A DNA stretch of 64,000 bases from Trichormus sp. ATA11-4-KO1 (GCA_019358915.1 JAHHIM010000073.1:192001-256000), one strand, 5' to 3'. Counted from the first letter of the stretch, positions 9,928 to 20,526 are shown. Made by a program: numbers and translations. Notes: a model not told the origin generated them from the letters alone.

Positions 9928-10734
9928 CTAAAAAAATCCCAGGTAGGCAGATAAAATTGCTTCGCCACCAAATAAAGTAATTACGGCTCCTAAAGCGAGA
10001 AAAGGGCCAAAAGGAATTTTTTGTCCGATTCTTTGCCGCGATCGCATCATTGCACCGCCACCTACTAATACACCTACAGCGCAGGCAATAAAACCAGCTA
10101 ACAGCAAATATTTCCAGCCTAACCAAGCTCCCATCATGGCTGCTAATTTGGCATCACCGGCACCCATTGCAGTTTTACCCAAGATCATGGAACCAATATT
10201 AGCGATCGCCTCAAATAGCCATAAGCCTAATACTGCTCCTACGATCCCCATCATCAGGTGATGGATTAATCCCACCCAGCTGTCTTGAAAGAAACCAACA
10301 GCCATTTGAAAAACGATCCCCAGTACTAAACCTGACTGTGTAAGTGGATTGGGCAAAGTCATTGTATCTAAATCAATCAGTGACAAGGCTAGTAACCAGC
10401 TGCAAAATGCCCAATAACCGATTGTCATCATTGAAACTTGAAATACTAAGAATACCAGCAAAAAAATTATGCCCGTTATCGCCTCTACCACAGGATAACG
10501 GGCTGAAATCTTACTTTTGCAATAGCGGCATCGCCCTTTTAACCATATCCATCCCAGCACTGGTATATTATCGTTAGCTTTTAGCTGGTTTAAGCAATGG
10601 GGACAACGCGAAGGCGGCCATAAAATAGATAACCTAGCTGGTAACCGATAAACTACCACATTAATAAAACTGCCAATAGATGCACCCAGCGCGAAGACAA
10701 TGATACTCGCTGGGACGACCATCACAATGTCCAT
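9928..10734 (-). CDS. pilD: Type IV prepilin peptidase
   Basis: GSFINVVVYRLP, CPHC/CRYC, MGAGDAKL, PFGPFL. Confidence 0.93.
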   Translation of the reverse strand: MDIVMVVPASIIVFALGASIGSFINVVVYRLPARLSILWPPSRCPHCLNQLKANDNIPVLGWIWLKGRCRYCKSKISARYPVVEAITGIIFLLVFLVFQVSMMTIGYWAFCSWLLALSLIDLDTMTLPNPLTQSGLVLGIVFQMAVGFFQDSWVGLIHHLMMGIVGAVLGLWLFEAIANIGSMILGKTAMGAGDAKLAAMMGAWLGWKYLLLAGFIACAVGVLVGGGAMMRSRQRIGQKIPFGPFLALGAVITLFGGEAILSAYLGFF

Positions 10735-10828
10735 ATAGTCCTTGTGTCATTTGTTCTGTGTCATTTGTCGTTGATTTTTTCTCTTTTGTCGAGAGTAAAT
10801 CAATCAACTAATGACTAATGACCAACGA

Positions 10829-11146
10829 CTAATACATATGCGATTCAATTTGATTTAACGGTACAAAACATTCTTGCGGCAAAAGTACTGGTTGGTCAGT
10901 AAATATCACTTTACCTCGATGATTCACGCGATTAATTGCTACTCCTGAAGGTTGCCCAGCTATTTCAGGATGTACTTCACAGTGAGTATAGTATATCTGC
11001 CCGGCTGCTCTGATTACGGCTGGATCAATCAAAGGAGACTGGTTTTTGGGGGCAGTAAATTTTGCTTGTTCTTGTCGTAATGCGTACACTATCGACTGCT
11101 GTATATTTGCTAGATTTGTCTCTAGTTTATCTGAAACTTTTGGCAA
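10829..11146 (-). CDS. Hypothetical protein (start uncertain)
   Basis: ORF co-oriented between leuB and pilD; GKVIFTDQPVLLPQECFVP resembles conserved cyanobacterial hypotheticals. Confidence 0.65.
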   Translation of the reverse strand: MPKVSDKLETNLANIQQSIVYALRQEQAKFTAPKNQSPLIDPAVIRAAGQIYYTHCEVHPEIAGQPSGVAINRVNHRGKVIFTDQPVLLPQECFVPLNQIESHMY

Positions 11147-11178
11147 AGGTTGCCAAATTGGCCGATTTAGACGAAAAA

Positions 11179-12267
11179 TTATTCTTTTTCCAGGGTATTA
11201 ATCAATGATTCTCCCATAGCGCGGCAACCTAAAAGATTCATGCCCGTAGACATAATATCCCCTGTGCGATCGCCTTGGGCTAAAACTTGTAATACGGCTT
11301 GTTCGATTTTATCGGCTGCTTGGGGCTGGTTTAAACCGTAGCGTAACATCATCGCCGCACTCAAAACCTGAGCTAAAGGATTAGCTTTATCTTGTCCAGC
11401 GATATCTGGGGCGGAACCGTGGACGGGTTCAAATACGCCAGGCCCAGAAGCGCCTAAACTAGCCGAGGGTAACATCCCAATGCTACCGGTGAGCATAGCA
11501 GCCGCATCCGAGAGGATATCACCAAACAAATTGCCAGTCACAATCGTATCGAATTGTTTGGGAGCGCGTACTAATTGCATAGCAGCATTATCAACATATA
11601 AATGAGATAGTTCCACATCAGGATATTCTTTGGCCAATTGAGTCATGCGATCGCGCCACAATTGAGATACATCTAATACATTGGCTTTATCCACCGAACA
11701 CAGTTTCCTACTACGTTTCCTGGCTGCTTCAAATGCCACTCTCCCAATGCGGTCAATTTCCGACTCAGTGTAAACCATTGTATTCACACCGCGTTTCTCT
11801 CCGGTATCGTTAGTGAATATCCCCTTGGGTTTACCAAAATAAATTCCACCAGTGAGTTCGCGCACTACCATAATATCCACACCTTCCACAACTTCCCGTT
11901 TCAACGTGGAAGCATCAATTAATTGGGGCAAAATTTGGGCTGGACGCAAATTAGCAAATAAACCCAAACCCGCACGTAAACCCAACAAACCTGCTTCTGG
12001 GCGTAAATGAGATGGCAGAGAATCCCACTTATAACCACCAATAGCGGCAAGTAAGACGGCATCACTATTGCGGCAAGTATCTAGAGTAACATCTGGCAAA
12101 GGTTCGCCTGTAGCGTCAATTGCTGCACCACCAATGAGAACTTCTTGAAATTCAAACTCAATATCAAATTGCTTCCCTACGACTTTCAGCACATCTACCG
12201 CCACTGCCATAATTTCAGGGCCAATGCCGTCGCCAGGGAGTAAGGTAATGCGGTAGTTCTGAGTCAT
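11179..12267 (-). CDS. leuB: 3-isopropylmalate dehydrogenase
   Basis: [31 protein letters not shown]. Confidence 0.97.
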   Translation of the reverse strand: MTQNYRITLLPGDGIGPEIMAVAVDVLKVVGKQFDIEFEFQEVLIGGAAIDATGEPLPDVTLDTCRNSDAVLLAAIGGYKWDSLPSHLRPEAGLLGLRAGLGLFANLRPAQILPQLIDASTLKREVVEGVDIMVVRELTGGIYFGKPKGIFTNDTGEKRGVNTMVYTESEIDRIGRVAFEAARKRSRKLCSVDKANVLDVSQLWRDRMTQLAKEYPDVELSHLYVDNAAMQLVRAPKQFDTIVTGNLFGDILSDAAAMLTGSIGMLPSASLGASGPGVFEPVHGSAPDIAGQDKANPLAQVLSAAMMLRYGLNQPQAADKIEQAVLQVLAQGDRTGDIMSTGMNLLGCRAMGESLINTLEKE

Positions 12268-12327
12268 AGTGAGTTTTTACTAAGTAAATGCTTGCAGATT
12301 AAATATCATACCGAGCAAAATGCACCT

Positions 12328-12789
12328 ATGGAGCTTTCAATTTATTTAGATGTATGTTGTTTAAATCGACCGTTCGATGATCAGACACAAGAGAGGATTC
12401 ATTTAGAAGCTGAAGCAGTACAACTGATTCTGGCTCGTTGTCAAAGCGGTGAATGGCAGTTAATTAATAGCGAAGTTATCGAGGACGAACTCGACCAGAC
12501 ACCCACCGAAGAAAGAAAAAGACAAATGATGCTTTGGACTTTTCTCGCAACCACCAAAGTTATGGTTAATGAACAAGTGAAATTTCGCAGTAAAGAATTA
12601 GCTAATCTCGGATTTAAAGCCTTTGATGCTGCTCATATTGCTTGTGCAGAAGCCGGAGAAGCCGATATTTTCTTAACGACTGATGACAGACTATTACGTT
12701 TGGCTGCAAGAAACAGCACCATGCTACAAGTGAGAGTAGAGAACCCGTTACGTTGGGTACTGGAGATTATCAATGATAGACGTGACTAA
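12328..12789 (+). CDS. PIN-domain (VapC-like) toxin
   Basis: IYLDVCCLNRPFDD, FDAAHIACA, FLTTDDRLL; ATG at 12328 preferred over the upstream TTG. Confidence 0.85.
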   Translation: MELSIYLDVCCLNRPFDDQTQERIHLEAEAVQLILARCQSGEWQLINSEVIEDELDQTPTEERKRQMMLWTFLATTKVMVNEQVKFRSKELANLGFKAFDAAHIACAEAGEADIFLTTDDRLLRLAARNSTMLQVRVENPLRWVLEIINDRRD

Positions 12790-13000
12790 ACTTTCTCAAG
12801 CTGAGATTAGAAGGCTAGGAATCGAAGCTTTGACAAAAGCTCTTGGGCCTGCTGGCATGGCACGATTTATGCAGCAATTTGAAGTGGGTAGCGGTGATTA
12901 CACGCGACATAGAGATGAAATTTTGAGAAATCCCTCTATCGATGAAATATTTGCTCGAATTGAGGAGCGACGCAAAAAACAGGAGAAAGACGAGAAATAG
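12773..13000 (+). CDS. Putative antitoxin partner of the PIN protein
   Basis: 75 aa, overlaps the toxin end; EALTKALGPAGMARF..GSGDYT. Confidence 0.7.
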   Translation: MIDVTKLSQAEIRRLGIEALTKALGPAGMARFMQQFEVGSGDYTRHRDEILRNPSIDEIFARIEERRKKQEKDEK

Positions 13001-13185
13001 ACAAGCTGTAAACGGTAGCGATTATCAAAACTTGAAAATCCAGATAATCGCTATTCCCCACTCCCTGCCTAAGTTACTATTTTTGAGTACAATCTAGGTA
13101 TCAGTTGCAATTTCGGAAACGAGACTGACAACATCTGTATCCAAAAGCTAGGTTAGTGTTTAATCAACAACCGCCCCTAGCAGGT

Positions 13186-14136
13186 ATGGTAAGAGAATTA
13201 GCAATTTCCACCCGTGGACTCACGAAGCAGTTTGAGCGACACGTTGCCGTTAACGACGTTGATTTAGAAATCCAACAGGGTGAAGTATACGGTTTGATTG
13301 GGCCCAATGGCGCAGGTAAAACAACTCTCATCCGGATGTTGGCAGCAGCTGAGGAACCAACTACGGGTGAGATTTATATTAATGGCGATCGCCTGCGTCG
13401 TGACAAGAGTAACCCTACTCTCAAACGTCGTCTAGGCTACTTACCCGATGACTATCCACTGTATGAGGAGTTGACAGTCTGGGACTATCTAGATTATTTT
13501 GCTCGGCTGTATCGTTTGCGGGAACCACACCGCACTCAACGCTTACATGAAGTTTTAGAACTGATTCAATTGGGTAATAAACGTCACAGCCTGATTTCTA
13601 CCCTGTCGCGGGGGATGAAACAGCGCTTGAGTTTAGCGCGGACTATTATTCATGAACCGATTTTACTGCTACTAGATGAACCTGTATCTGGACTTGACCC
13701 CATAGCCAGGATGCAATTCCGCGAAATTATCAAGGCGTTGCAAGAAGCAGGGATGACAATTTTAATTTCTTCCCACGTCCTCAGCGACTTAGCAGAACTG
13801 TGTACCTCTGTGGGGATTATGGAACTTGGTTTCCTGGTGGAAAGTGCTTCACTCAAACAACTTTATCAGCGTCTTGCTCGGCAGCAAATTTTAGTATCTA
13901 CCCTCGGTAATTTAGAAACCCTTGTAGATGAACTGAAAAATCAACCGTTGGTGGAAGAGTTACAGGTAATTTCTGGAAAAAATAGTGTGCGTTTGAACTT
14001 TTCTGGCAAAGAAGAAGATAGTGCTGAATTATTGCGATCGCTCATTCATTCTGGCATTTCCGTAACTGATTTTCACTGTACTCAAGAAGATTTAGAAACT
14101 ATTTTCTTGAAATTAGGACACAAACAGGCTTCTTGA
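13186..14136 (+). CDS. ABC transporter ATP-binding protein (exporter type)
   Basis: GPNGAGKT, LSRGMKQR, LLLDEP; ATG at 13186. Confidence 0.92.
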   Translation: MVRELAISTRGLTKQFERHVAVNDVDLEIQQGEVYGLIGPNGAGKTTLIRMLAAAEEPTTGEIYINGDRLRRDKSNPTLKRRLGYLPDDYPLYEELTVWDYLDYFARLYRLREPHRTQRLHEVLELIQLGNKRHSLISTLSRGMKQRLSLARTIIHEPILLLLDEPVSGLDPIARMQFREIIKALQEAGMTILISSHVLSDLAELCTSVGIMELGFLVESASLKQLYQRLARQQILVSTLGNLETLVDELKNQPLVEELQVISGKNSVRLNFSGKEEDSAELLRSLIHSGISVTDFHCTQEDLETIFLKLGHKQAS

Positions 14137-14213
14137 TTAGTGAAGTTGAATAATTCGACATTTACCACAGTAGGGTTCTATCCCCGTATTATATTTTTGG
14201 AGAGTTTGAAATT

Positions 14214-15917
14214 ATGAAATCTAACTTGATACATCAACTAGGCGATTGGAATCCTCAACTGTTACGAGAAGTTAAGGGTCGTTTTAAAATACGCAACATT
14301 CTGCTAGCAATTGGTATTTCTTTAATGGGGCAATTTATACTATTAATTTCTGCCCAATCTAGACTACCTTCTAACGTTACGTTATTGTATGATTCCTCTC
14401 ACAAATATTGCACAGGTAAATTATTAGATAGAGTACCAAAATGTCTAGGAGATGAATTAGGTAATGTGATTATTAACTGGCAATTATGGTCTCTAGATGT
14501 ATTTACTTGGCTAAGTATTATTAGCTGTTTTGCTTTTTTAGCTGGGGGAACATATTTATTAATTAGTGATTTAGCTACTGAAGAACGGCGTGATACACTC
14601 AATTTTATTCGCCTGAGTCCCCAATCACCCCAAAATATTTTATGGGGAAAAATGCTAGGGGTTCCTATTTTGTTGTATCTGGTTTCCCTGGTGGCAATTC
14701 CTTTACATCTATGGTTAGGGTTGACGGCTAAAATTCCTTTAAGTATGATTTTAAGTTTTTATGCAGTAATGCTTACTGCTAGCTTTTTCTACTACAGTGG
14801 TGCATTACTTTTTAGCTTAGTCGGTTCTTGGTTAGGTGGTTTTCAAGCTTGGTTAGGAAGTGGTACAGTTTTGGGATTTCTCATTTTCTCTAGCGAAATG
14901 CTAAATCATAATGTAGCATCTGACAATCCATTAGTTGTCTTGAAGTTGATTAATCCTTGTTATTTAGTACCACATGCTTACGTTAGTTCCATGTACTCAT
15001 TAGATAATCCACTATTAAGCAAATTCCATTGGTTTGCTGTGCCAATAGGAGCGATGTTTTTAGCTACAGTCTGCTTTGCTATGCTAATTTATGGCATTGG
15101 CTCATACTTTTTTTGGCAATCATTGCAGCGTTGTTTTCGTGATTCTCATAGTACGATGTTAAGTAAGCAGCAGAGTTATATACTAACTCTTTGTTTTGCT
15201 GTTATTACTATAGGATGCGCTAATTGGCAAATTTTAGTTTTTGGTCAGTATTCTAATTCTGGTACAATGGCTGAAAATATAACTGGCCTATTATTTTTGA
15301 ACTTTGGGCTATTTTTATACTTAATTGCTGCTCTCAATCCTCATCGGCAAACGTTACAAGATTGGGCACGTTATCGACATAGTTATCATTTTGAAAAATT
15401 GGGGAATAGAAGCTTAATCCAGGATTTAATTTGGGGTGAGAAAAGCCCAGGAATTTTAGCGATCGCCATTAATGCCATGATCGCAATTAGCTGTTTGAGT
15501 ATATTCACATTAGCCTCACAAGTTAATGATGATCACAAAAGTTATGCCTTTATCTCTCTTGTCTTTGCAGGTAGTTTAGCTGTCATTTATGCAGCCTTGG
15601 TGCAACTACTTTTATTAATGAAAAACGAGCATAGATTATTCTGGACGACTGGCGTGTTAGGTGCAGTAATTGTATTACCACCAATCATCTTAGCTATATT
15701 ATTTTCTCACCCTGGAAATAACTCTTTTATCTGGCTATTTTCAGTAATTTCACCATTGATGGTTTTGTATCCTTCAGGAAACTATATGACAACAATGACT
15801 CCTTACATAGCAATTCTTAGTCATCTAACAATTCTGGGATTATTAGTATTCCAACTAACGCGGATTTTGAGAAAAGCAGGTGAATCGGCTACAAAAGCAA
15901 TGGTTGTAGGAAATTAA
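14214..15917 (+). CDS. ABC-2-type permease / membrane protein
   Basis: WNPQLLRE N-terminus, EERRDTLNFIRLSP, many TM segments; follows an ABC ATPase. Confidence 0.75.
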   Translation: MKSNLIHQLGDWNPQLLREVKGRFKIRNILLAIGISLMGQFILLISAQSRLPSNVTLLYDSSHKYCTGKLLDRVPKCLGDELGNVIINWQLWSLDVFTWLSIISCFAFLAGGTYLLISDLATEERRDTLNFIRLSPQSPQNILWGKMLGVPILLYLVSLVAIPLHLWLGLTAKIPLSMILSFYAVMLTASFFYYSGALLFSLVGSWLGGFQAWLGSGTVLGFLIFSSEMLNHNVASDNPLVVLKLINPCYLVPHAYVSSMYSLDNPLLSKFHWFAVPIGAMFLATVCFAMLIYGIGSYFFWQSLQRCFRDSHSTMLSKQQSYILTLCFAVITIGCANWQILVFGQYSNSGTMAENITGLLFLNFGLFLYLIAALNPHRQTLQDWARYRHSYHFEKLGNRSLIQDLIWGEKSPGILAIAINAMIAISCLSIFTLASQVNDDHKSYAFISLVFAGSLAVIYAALVQLLLLMKNEHRLFWTTGVLGAVIVLPPIILAILFSHPGNNSFIWLFSVISPLMVLYPSGNYMTTMTPYIAILSHLTILGLLVFQLTRILRKAGESATKAMVVGN

Positions 15918-15922
15918 GGTTT

Positions 15923-15956
15923 GTAGTGAGCGCTTTAGCGCTAAAGCGCTCACTAC
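15923..15956. repeat. Perfect 34-bp palindrome (REP-like)
   Basis: GTAGTGAGCGCTTTAGC|GCTAAAGCGCTCACTAC. Confidence 0.85.
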
Positions 15957-15998
15957 GAGCCAAAATTATATATAGCCAGTATTTACTGCCAGTCAATC

Positions 15999-16754
15999 AT
16001 GCAACAAAATAATCCAATTGCTGTTGAATTTCGCCATGTGACTTTTAGCCGTAACCATCGCCCTTTAGTATCTAATCTTAATTTTGCTATCCATCAGGGA
16101 GAAGCCTTAGTATTACTCGGACGCAGTGGTAGTGGCAAAACTACAACCATGAAATTAATCAATCGCCTACTTACACCTACCCAAGGTGAAGTTTTATTTG
16201 ATGGCATTCCTACAACTCAATGGCATGAAATTCAACTGCGGCGTAAAATTGGTTATGTCATTCAAGAAACTGGTTTGTTTCCCCATTTCACAGTAGAACG
16301 CAATGTGGGTTTAGTCCCGGCTTTGGAAGGTTGGCAACCAAAACAAATTAAAGCGCGAGTGTATGAGTTGTTACAATTGGTAGGCTTAGATCCAGCGCAA
16401 TTTGCGGGACGTTATCCTCATGAACTGTCGGGAGGACAGAAGCAACGGGTGGGTGTCGCTAGGGCATTGGCAGCTGATCCGCCTGTATTATTGATGGATG
16501 AACCGTTTGGCGCACTTGATCCCATCACGCGCTTAGAACTGCAACAAGAGTTTCAGCGCTTACAACGAGAATTAGGTAAGACAGTGGTGTTTGTCACCCA
16601 TGATATTCAAGAAGCCTTTGTTTTAGCTTCGCGAATTGGTTTAATGTATGAGGGAGAATTGGTAGTATTGGGGACAAAAGATGAATTTATGCGAGCGCCA
16701 CATCCAGAAAGTTTAGCTTTTCTTGAATGTCTGCGTTCTCTAGACAATATATGA
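15999..16754 (+). CDS. Osmoprotectant ABC transporter ATP-binding protein
   Basis: GRSGSGKT, LSGGQKQR, MDEPFGALDP. Confidence 0.9.
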   Translation: MQQNNPIAVEFRHVTFSRNHRPLVSNLNFAIHQGEALVLLGRSGSGKTTTMKLINRLLTPTQGEVLFDGIPTTQWHEIQLRRKIGYVIQETGLFPHFTVERNVGLVPALEGWQPKQIKARVYELLQLVGLDPAQFAGRYPHELSGGQKQRVGVARALAADPPVLLMDEPFGALDPITRLELQQEFQRLQRELGKTVVFVTHDIQEAFVLASRIGLMYEGELVVLGTKDEFMRAPHPESLAFLECLRSLDNI

Positions 16755-17383
16755 ACGATTTTTTCCTCATCAAGTATGGCCCGGAAATCCTCCGGCATAC
16801 TCTAGAACATTTATTTATGGTGAGTATTGCGATCGCCACTGCTACACTCATCGGTATTCCTTTAGGTATTTTAATTACCCGCCAAACTCATCTACGTCAA
16901 CCTGTTCTCGGTATTGCCAATATTCTGCAAACTATCCCCAGTTTGGCTTTATTTGGCTTACTAATTCCCGTTCCCATAATTGGTGGTATTGGTGTTGTCC
17001 CGGCTATTGTGGCTTTAACTGTATACTCTTTTCTGCCGATAATTCGCAATACTTATACAGGTATTACAGGGGTAGATCCAGCAATTCGGGAAGCTGGCAA
17101 AGGTATGGGTATGACAGATAGACAGTTGTTGTTACAGGTGGAGATTCCCTTGGCTATGGGAGTAATTTTGGCAGGTGTGCGGGTAGCCACAGTGATTGCT
17201 ATCGGTATTGCAACTATTGCTGCTGCTATTGGTGCTGGTGGTTTGGGTGTGTTTATTTTTCGGGGAATTGCCGTGGTAAATAATCAATTAATTTTAGCTG
17301 GGGCCGTACCGGCGGCAATTATTGCTTTAATTGCTGATTTGGGTATTGGTTGGCTGGAGAGAAAATTAAAAATTAAAAATTAA
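16751..17383 (+). CDS. Osmoprotectant ABC transporter permease
   Basis: LQTIPSLALFG, EAGKGMGMT, IGAGGLG; ATGA overlap with the ATPase stop. Confidence 0.9.
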   Translation: MNDFFLIKYGPEILRHTLEHLFMVSIAIATATLIGIPLGILITRQTHLRQPVLGIANILQTIPSLALFGLLIPVPIIGGIGVVPAIVALTVYSFLPIIRNTYTGITGVDPAIREAGKGMGMTDRQLLLQVEIPLAMGVILAGVRVATVIAIGIATIAAAIGAGGLGVFIFRGIAVVNNQLILAGAVPAAIIALIADLGIGWLERKLKIKN

Positions 17384-17434
17384 AAAACTTGTAAGCAAGA
17401 TACTAACTGCAAGAATTTTAATTAGTAGAAAATT

Positions 17435-18334
17435 ATGAAGAAATTATTTTTATTTTTCTTGTTAAGTTTTGTATTGGCAGTGGCGATCGCTGGTTGTAAT
17501 TTTAGTACAAATATTACTAGTCGCGGTGATATTGTTGTTGCTTCTAAAGATTTTACTGAACAAGATATTTTAGGTGAACTTTTAGCCCAACAAATTGAAA
17601 ATACTACTAATTTAACAGTTGCGCGGCGTCCCCGATTGGGTGGTTCTTTTGTCTGTCACAATGCTATTCTTGTTGGACAAATTGATGCTTATATTGAGTA
17701 TACAGGTACAGCGTTTACTGGCATTTTAAAACAACAAGCAATTAATGATCCAAAAGTAGTTCATGAAAAGTTAAAACAGGCATACGCCCAACAATTTAAT
17801 TTAGAAGTGATGCCTAGTTTGGGTTTTGAAAATACTTTTGCGATGATTGTCCGGGGTGAAGATGCTAAACGCTACAATATTCAAACTCTTTCAGATGCCG
17901 CTAATTATACACCTCAATGGCGTGGCGGTTTTGGCTACGAATTTTTAGAACGGCAAGATGGTTTTCCAGGATTAGCTAAAACCTATAATTTAAGTTTTGC
18001 CAAACCACCCCAAATTATGGACTTGGGTTTGATATATCGAGCATTGATTCAAAAACAAGTTGATATGATTGCAGGTAATTCCACAGATGGGCAAATATCC
18101 CGTCTGGGTTTAGTTGTACTAAAGGATGATAAAAAATATTTTCCACCGTATGAAGCAGCGCCGATTGTTCGACAAGAAACTTTAAATAAATATCCGCAAT
18201 TAAGAAATGCCATCAATCAAATTACTGGCAAGATTACAGCCGATGAAATGCGACAGTTAAACTATTTAGTTGAAGGTGAATTACAGGATATTAAAGATGT
18301 TGTGCGTGAGTTTCGCAAATCTAAGGGATTGTAA
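17435..18334 (+). CDS. Glycine betaine/choline ABC substrate-binding lipoprotein
   Basis: Lipobox IAGC, SKDFTEQDILGE, YIEYTGTA, FPPYEA. Confidence 0.9.
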   Translation: MKKLFLFFLLSFVLAVAIAGCNFSTNITSRGDIVVASKDFTEQDILGELLAQQIENTTNLTVARRPRLGGSFVCHNAILVGQIDAYIEYTGTAFTGILKQQAINDPKVVHEKLKQAYAQQFNLEVMPSLGFENTFAMIVRGEDAKRYNIQTLSDAANYTPQWRGGFGYEFLERQDGFPGLAKTYNLSFAKPPQIMDLGLIYRALIQKQVDMIAGNSTDGQISRLGLVVLKDDKKYFPPYEAAPIVRQETLNKYPQLRNAINQITGKITADEMRQLNYLVEGELQDIKDVVREFRKSKGL

Positions 18335-18458
18335 AAAATAATTCTTTTCATGAAGGTAGAAGGGAACCCACGCTTAAAAATGTGGGATTGAAACATGGCA
18401 ACACAACAGTCGATACAATGTACCTCTAGGAGTGAAATATCAACCAAAAGTTATAAAC

Positions 18459-20261
18459 ATGCAGATTTTTGCTAAATCCAAACGCTTAGTTATCGCAGTC
18501 TTTTCCTTCAGTGTCATAGTTTACAGCCAAGTCGCATCAGCTACCTTGACTGTACCTCTACGCAGCAAAAGAGGGATGGTGGTTTCAGCGCATCCCCTAG
18601 CGAGTGATGCGGGAATTTCCATGTTACGTAAGGGTGGCAATGCCATTGATGCAGCTGTAGCTACCACTTTTGCTATTTCTGTAGTCGAGCCTTTTTCGGC
18701 AGGAATTGGCGGTGGTGGATTTTTACTCATGCATTCTGGAAAAACTGGCGAAATCAAAGCGTTGGATTTTCGCGAACGCGCACCTCTCAAAGCGACAAAA
18801 GATATGTATTTAGATGCAGCAGGAAAGGTGCGTCCCAATGCCAGTGTCAATGGTTATTTGGCAGTGGCGACACCAGGAACGGTAGCGGGAATGTATGAAG
18901 TGCATCGGCGTTATGGTAAGCTGCCTTGGCAAGAAGTAGTAAAACCTGCGATCGCATTAGCTAAAAATGGCTTTATTGTCAGTCGTGTAGCGTCTCCCCG
19001 TTTTCGCAAAGATGCACTTCTCCAGCATCCCGCAGCACGGGAAATTTTCACTCGTGACGGCAATTTTTATCAACCAGGGGAAAGGCTGGTGCAGAGTGAC
19101 TTGGCACAGACTTTAACAACTATTTCCCAGAATCCCCAAAGTTTCTACACTGGCAGTATTGCTCAGGCGATCGCTGCTGATATGGCAAAAAATGATGGTT
19201 TAATTACCTTAGCAGACCTGAAAGCCTACAAACCCATCTGGCGGACTCCCGTTTGTGGGAACTTCCGCCAAGCGAAAATCTGCTCAATGCCACCACCTTC
19301 ATCGGGAGGTGTTCATCTATTGCAGATGTTAAATATTATTGGTGAGACTGATTTGTCATCTTTAGGATGGCATCATCCCGATGCTTTGCATTTAATGATA
19401 GAAGCAATGAAGATTGCTTATGCAGATCGCTCAGAATATTTAGGCGATCCAGATTTTGTTAAAGTTCCTGTACAACAACTTATCAGCCCAGCCTACGCCG
19501 AAAAACGTCGTCAAGAAATTGATATGGAAATGGCTAAACCGTCAAGTAATGTGCAGCCAGTAGATCGGCAGACATTACAGCGATTTAGTCAAGTTGATAG
19601 GCAAATGAGGAGGTGGGGAGAAATCATCACTCCCCAAGCTCAACCCAAATTGCCGATTAAGTCAAGTACAAGCAGCGAATCTCCGGAAACCAGTCATCTG
19701 ACCGTTGTTGATGAGCAACATAACGCCGTGAGTCTCACATTCACAATTAATCTGGGCTTTGGGGCTAGTGTGGTGACACCGGGAACAGGGATTGTCCTCA
19801 ACAACGAGATGGATGATTTTGCTGCTGCGCCGGGAGTGCCGAATGCTTTTGGTTTGGTGGGTAATGAAGCCAACAGCATTGCACCCCGCAAGACTCCCCT
19901 ATCGAGTATGACTCCGACAATTATTACGGAGAATGGCCGCCTGCGGATGGTGGTGGGTACGCCTGGGGGTAGCACCATCATCACTCAGGTACTGCAAATT
20001 ATCCTGAATGTGCTGGTATACAACATGGATGTTGGTGCTGCTGTTTCTGTCTCACGCATACATCATCAGTGGTTACCTGATACCTTGGCTGTGGAACCTT
20101 GGGGTTTGGATGCTCTAACTCTGCAAGACTTACGCCGTCGCGGACACAAGATTACAGAAGTTAATCCGTGGGGTAATGCTAACGCGATCGCCATCACCGC
20201 AGATGGAGAATTAGCAGGAGCAGCAGATCCTCGTGGTGAAGGTTCCCCCAGAGGTTTGTAA
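18459..20261 (+). CDS. ggt: Gamma-glutamyltransferase
   Basis: GGNAIDAAVA, ETSHL (catalytic Thr), LNNEMDDF, PLSSMTP, ADPRG; start 18459 (ATG) or 18432 (GTG). Confidence 0.95.
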   Translation: MQIFAKSKRLVIAVFSFSVIVYSQVASATLTVPLRSKRGMVVSAHPLASDAGISMLRKGGNAIDAAVATTFAISVVEPFSAGIGGGGFLLMHSGKTGEIKALDFRERAPLKATKDMYLDAAGKVRPNASVNGYLAVATPGTVAGMYEVHRRYGKLPWQEVVKPAIALAKNGFIVSRVASPRFRKDALLQHPAAREIFTRDGNFYQPGERLVQSDLAQTLTTISQNPQSFYTGSIAQAIAADMAKNDGLITLADLKAYKPIWRTPVCGNFRQAKICSMPPPSSGGVHLLQMLNIIGETDLSSLGWHHPDALHLMIEAMKIAYADRSEYLGDPDFVKVPVQQLISPAYAEKRRQEIDMEMAKPSSNVQPVDRQTLQRFSQVDRQMRRWGEIITPQAQPKLPIKSSTSSESPETSHLTVVDEQHNAVSLTFTINLGFGASVVTPGTGIVLNNEMDDFAAAPGVPNAFGLVGNEANSIAPRKTPLSSMTPTIITENGRLRMVVGTPGGSTIITQVLQIILNVLVYNMDVGAAVSVSRIHHQWLPDTLAVEPWGLDALTLQDLRRRGHKITEVNPWGNANAIAITADGELAGAADPRGEGSPRGL

Positions 20262-20262
20262 A

Positions 20263-20526
20263 CTATTGATTTTGCAGTCTTGACTCGGCATAGCTGCTGC
20301 TACTAAACTCGTTTGCCCGTGCGCTATGTACTAAAGTCCAGCCTGCTTTGAGAAGCTTTTGATAAGTTGCCCAACCTTTAGAACCACCAGGAATTTGATA
20401 ATCTGGTACTGCATATTGGGGAAAAGCTGTGTAGGGACGCCAAGGTTGATTAGGCGCAGCTTGCAAATGCAGAATTTTCTCTCCATCGCTGCCATACTTA
20501 GATAACCAGCACATTTGTCGATGCAT
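20263..20526 (-). CDS. Small hypothetical protein
   Basis: AGGAG RBS before ATG at 20526; GGSKGWATYQKLLKAGW; NtcA-type promoter upstream. Confidence 0.75.
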   Translation of the reverse strand: MHRQMCWLSKYGSDGEKILHLQAAPNQPWRPYTAFPQYAVPDYQIPGGSKGWATYQKLLKAGWTLVHSARANEFSSSSYAESRLQNQ

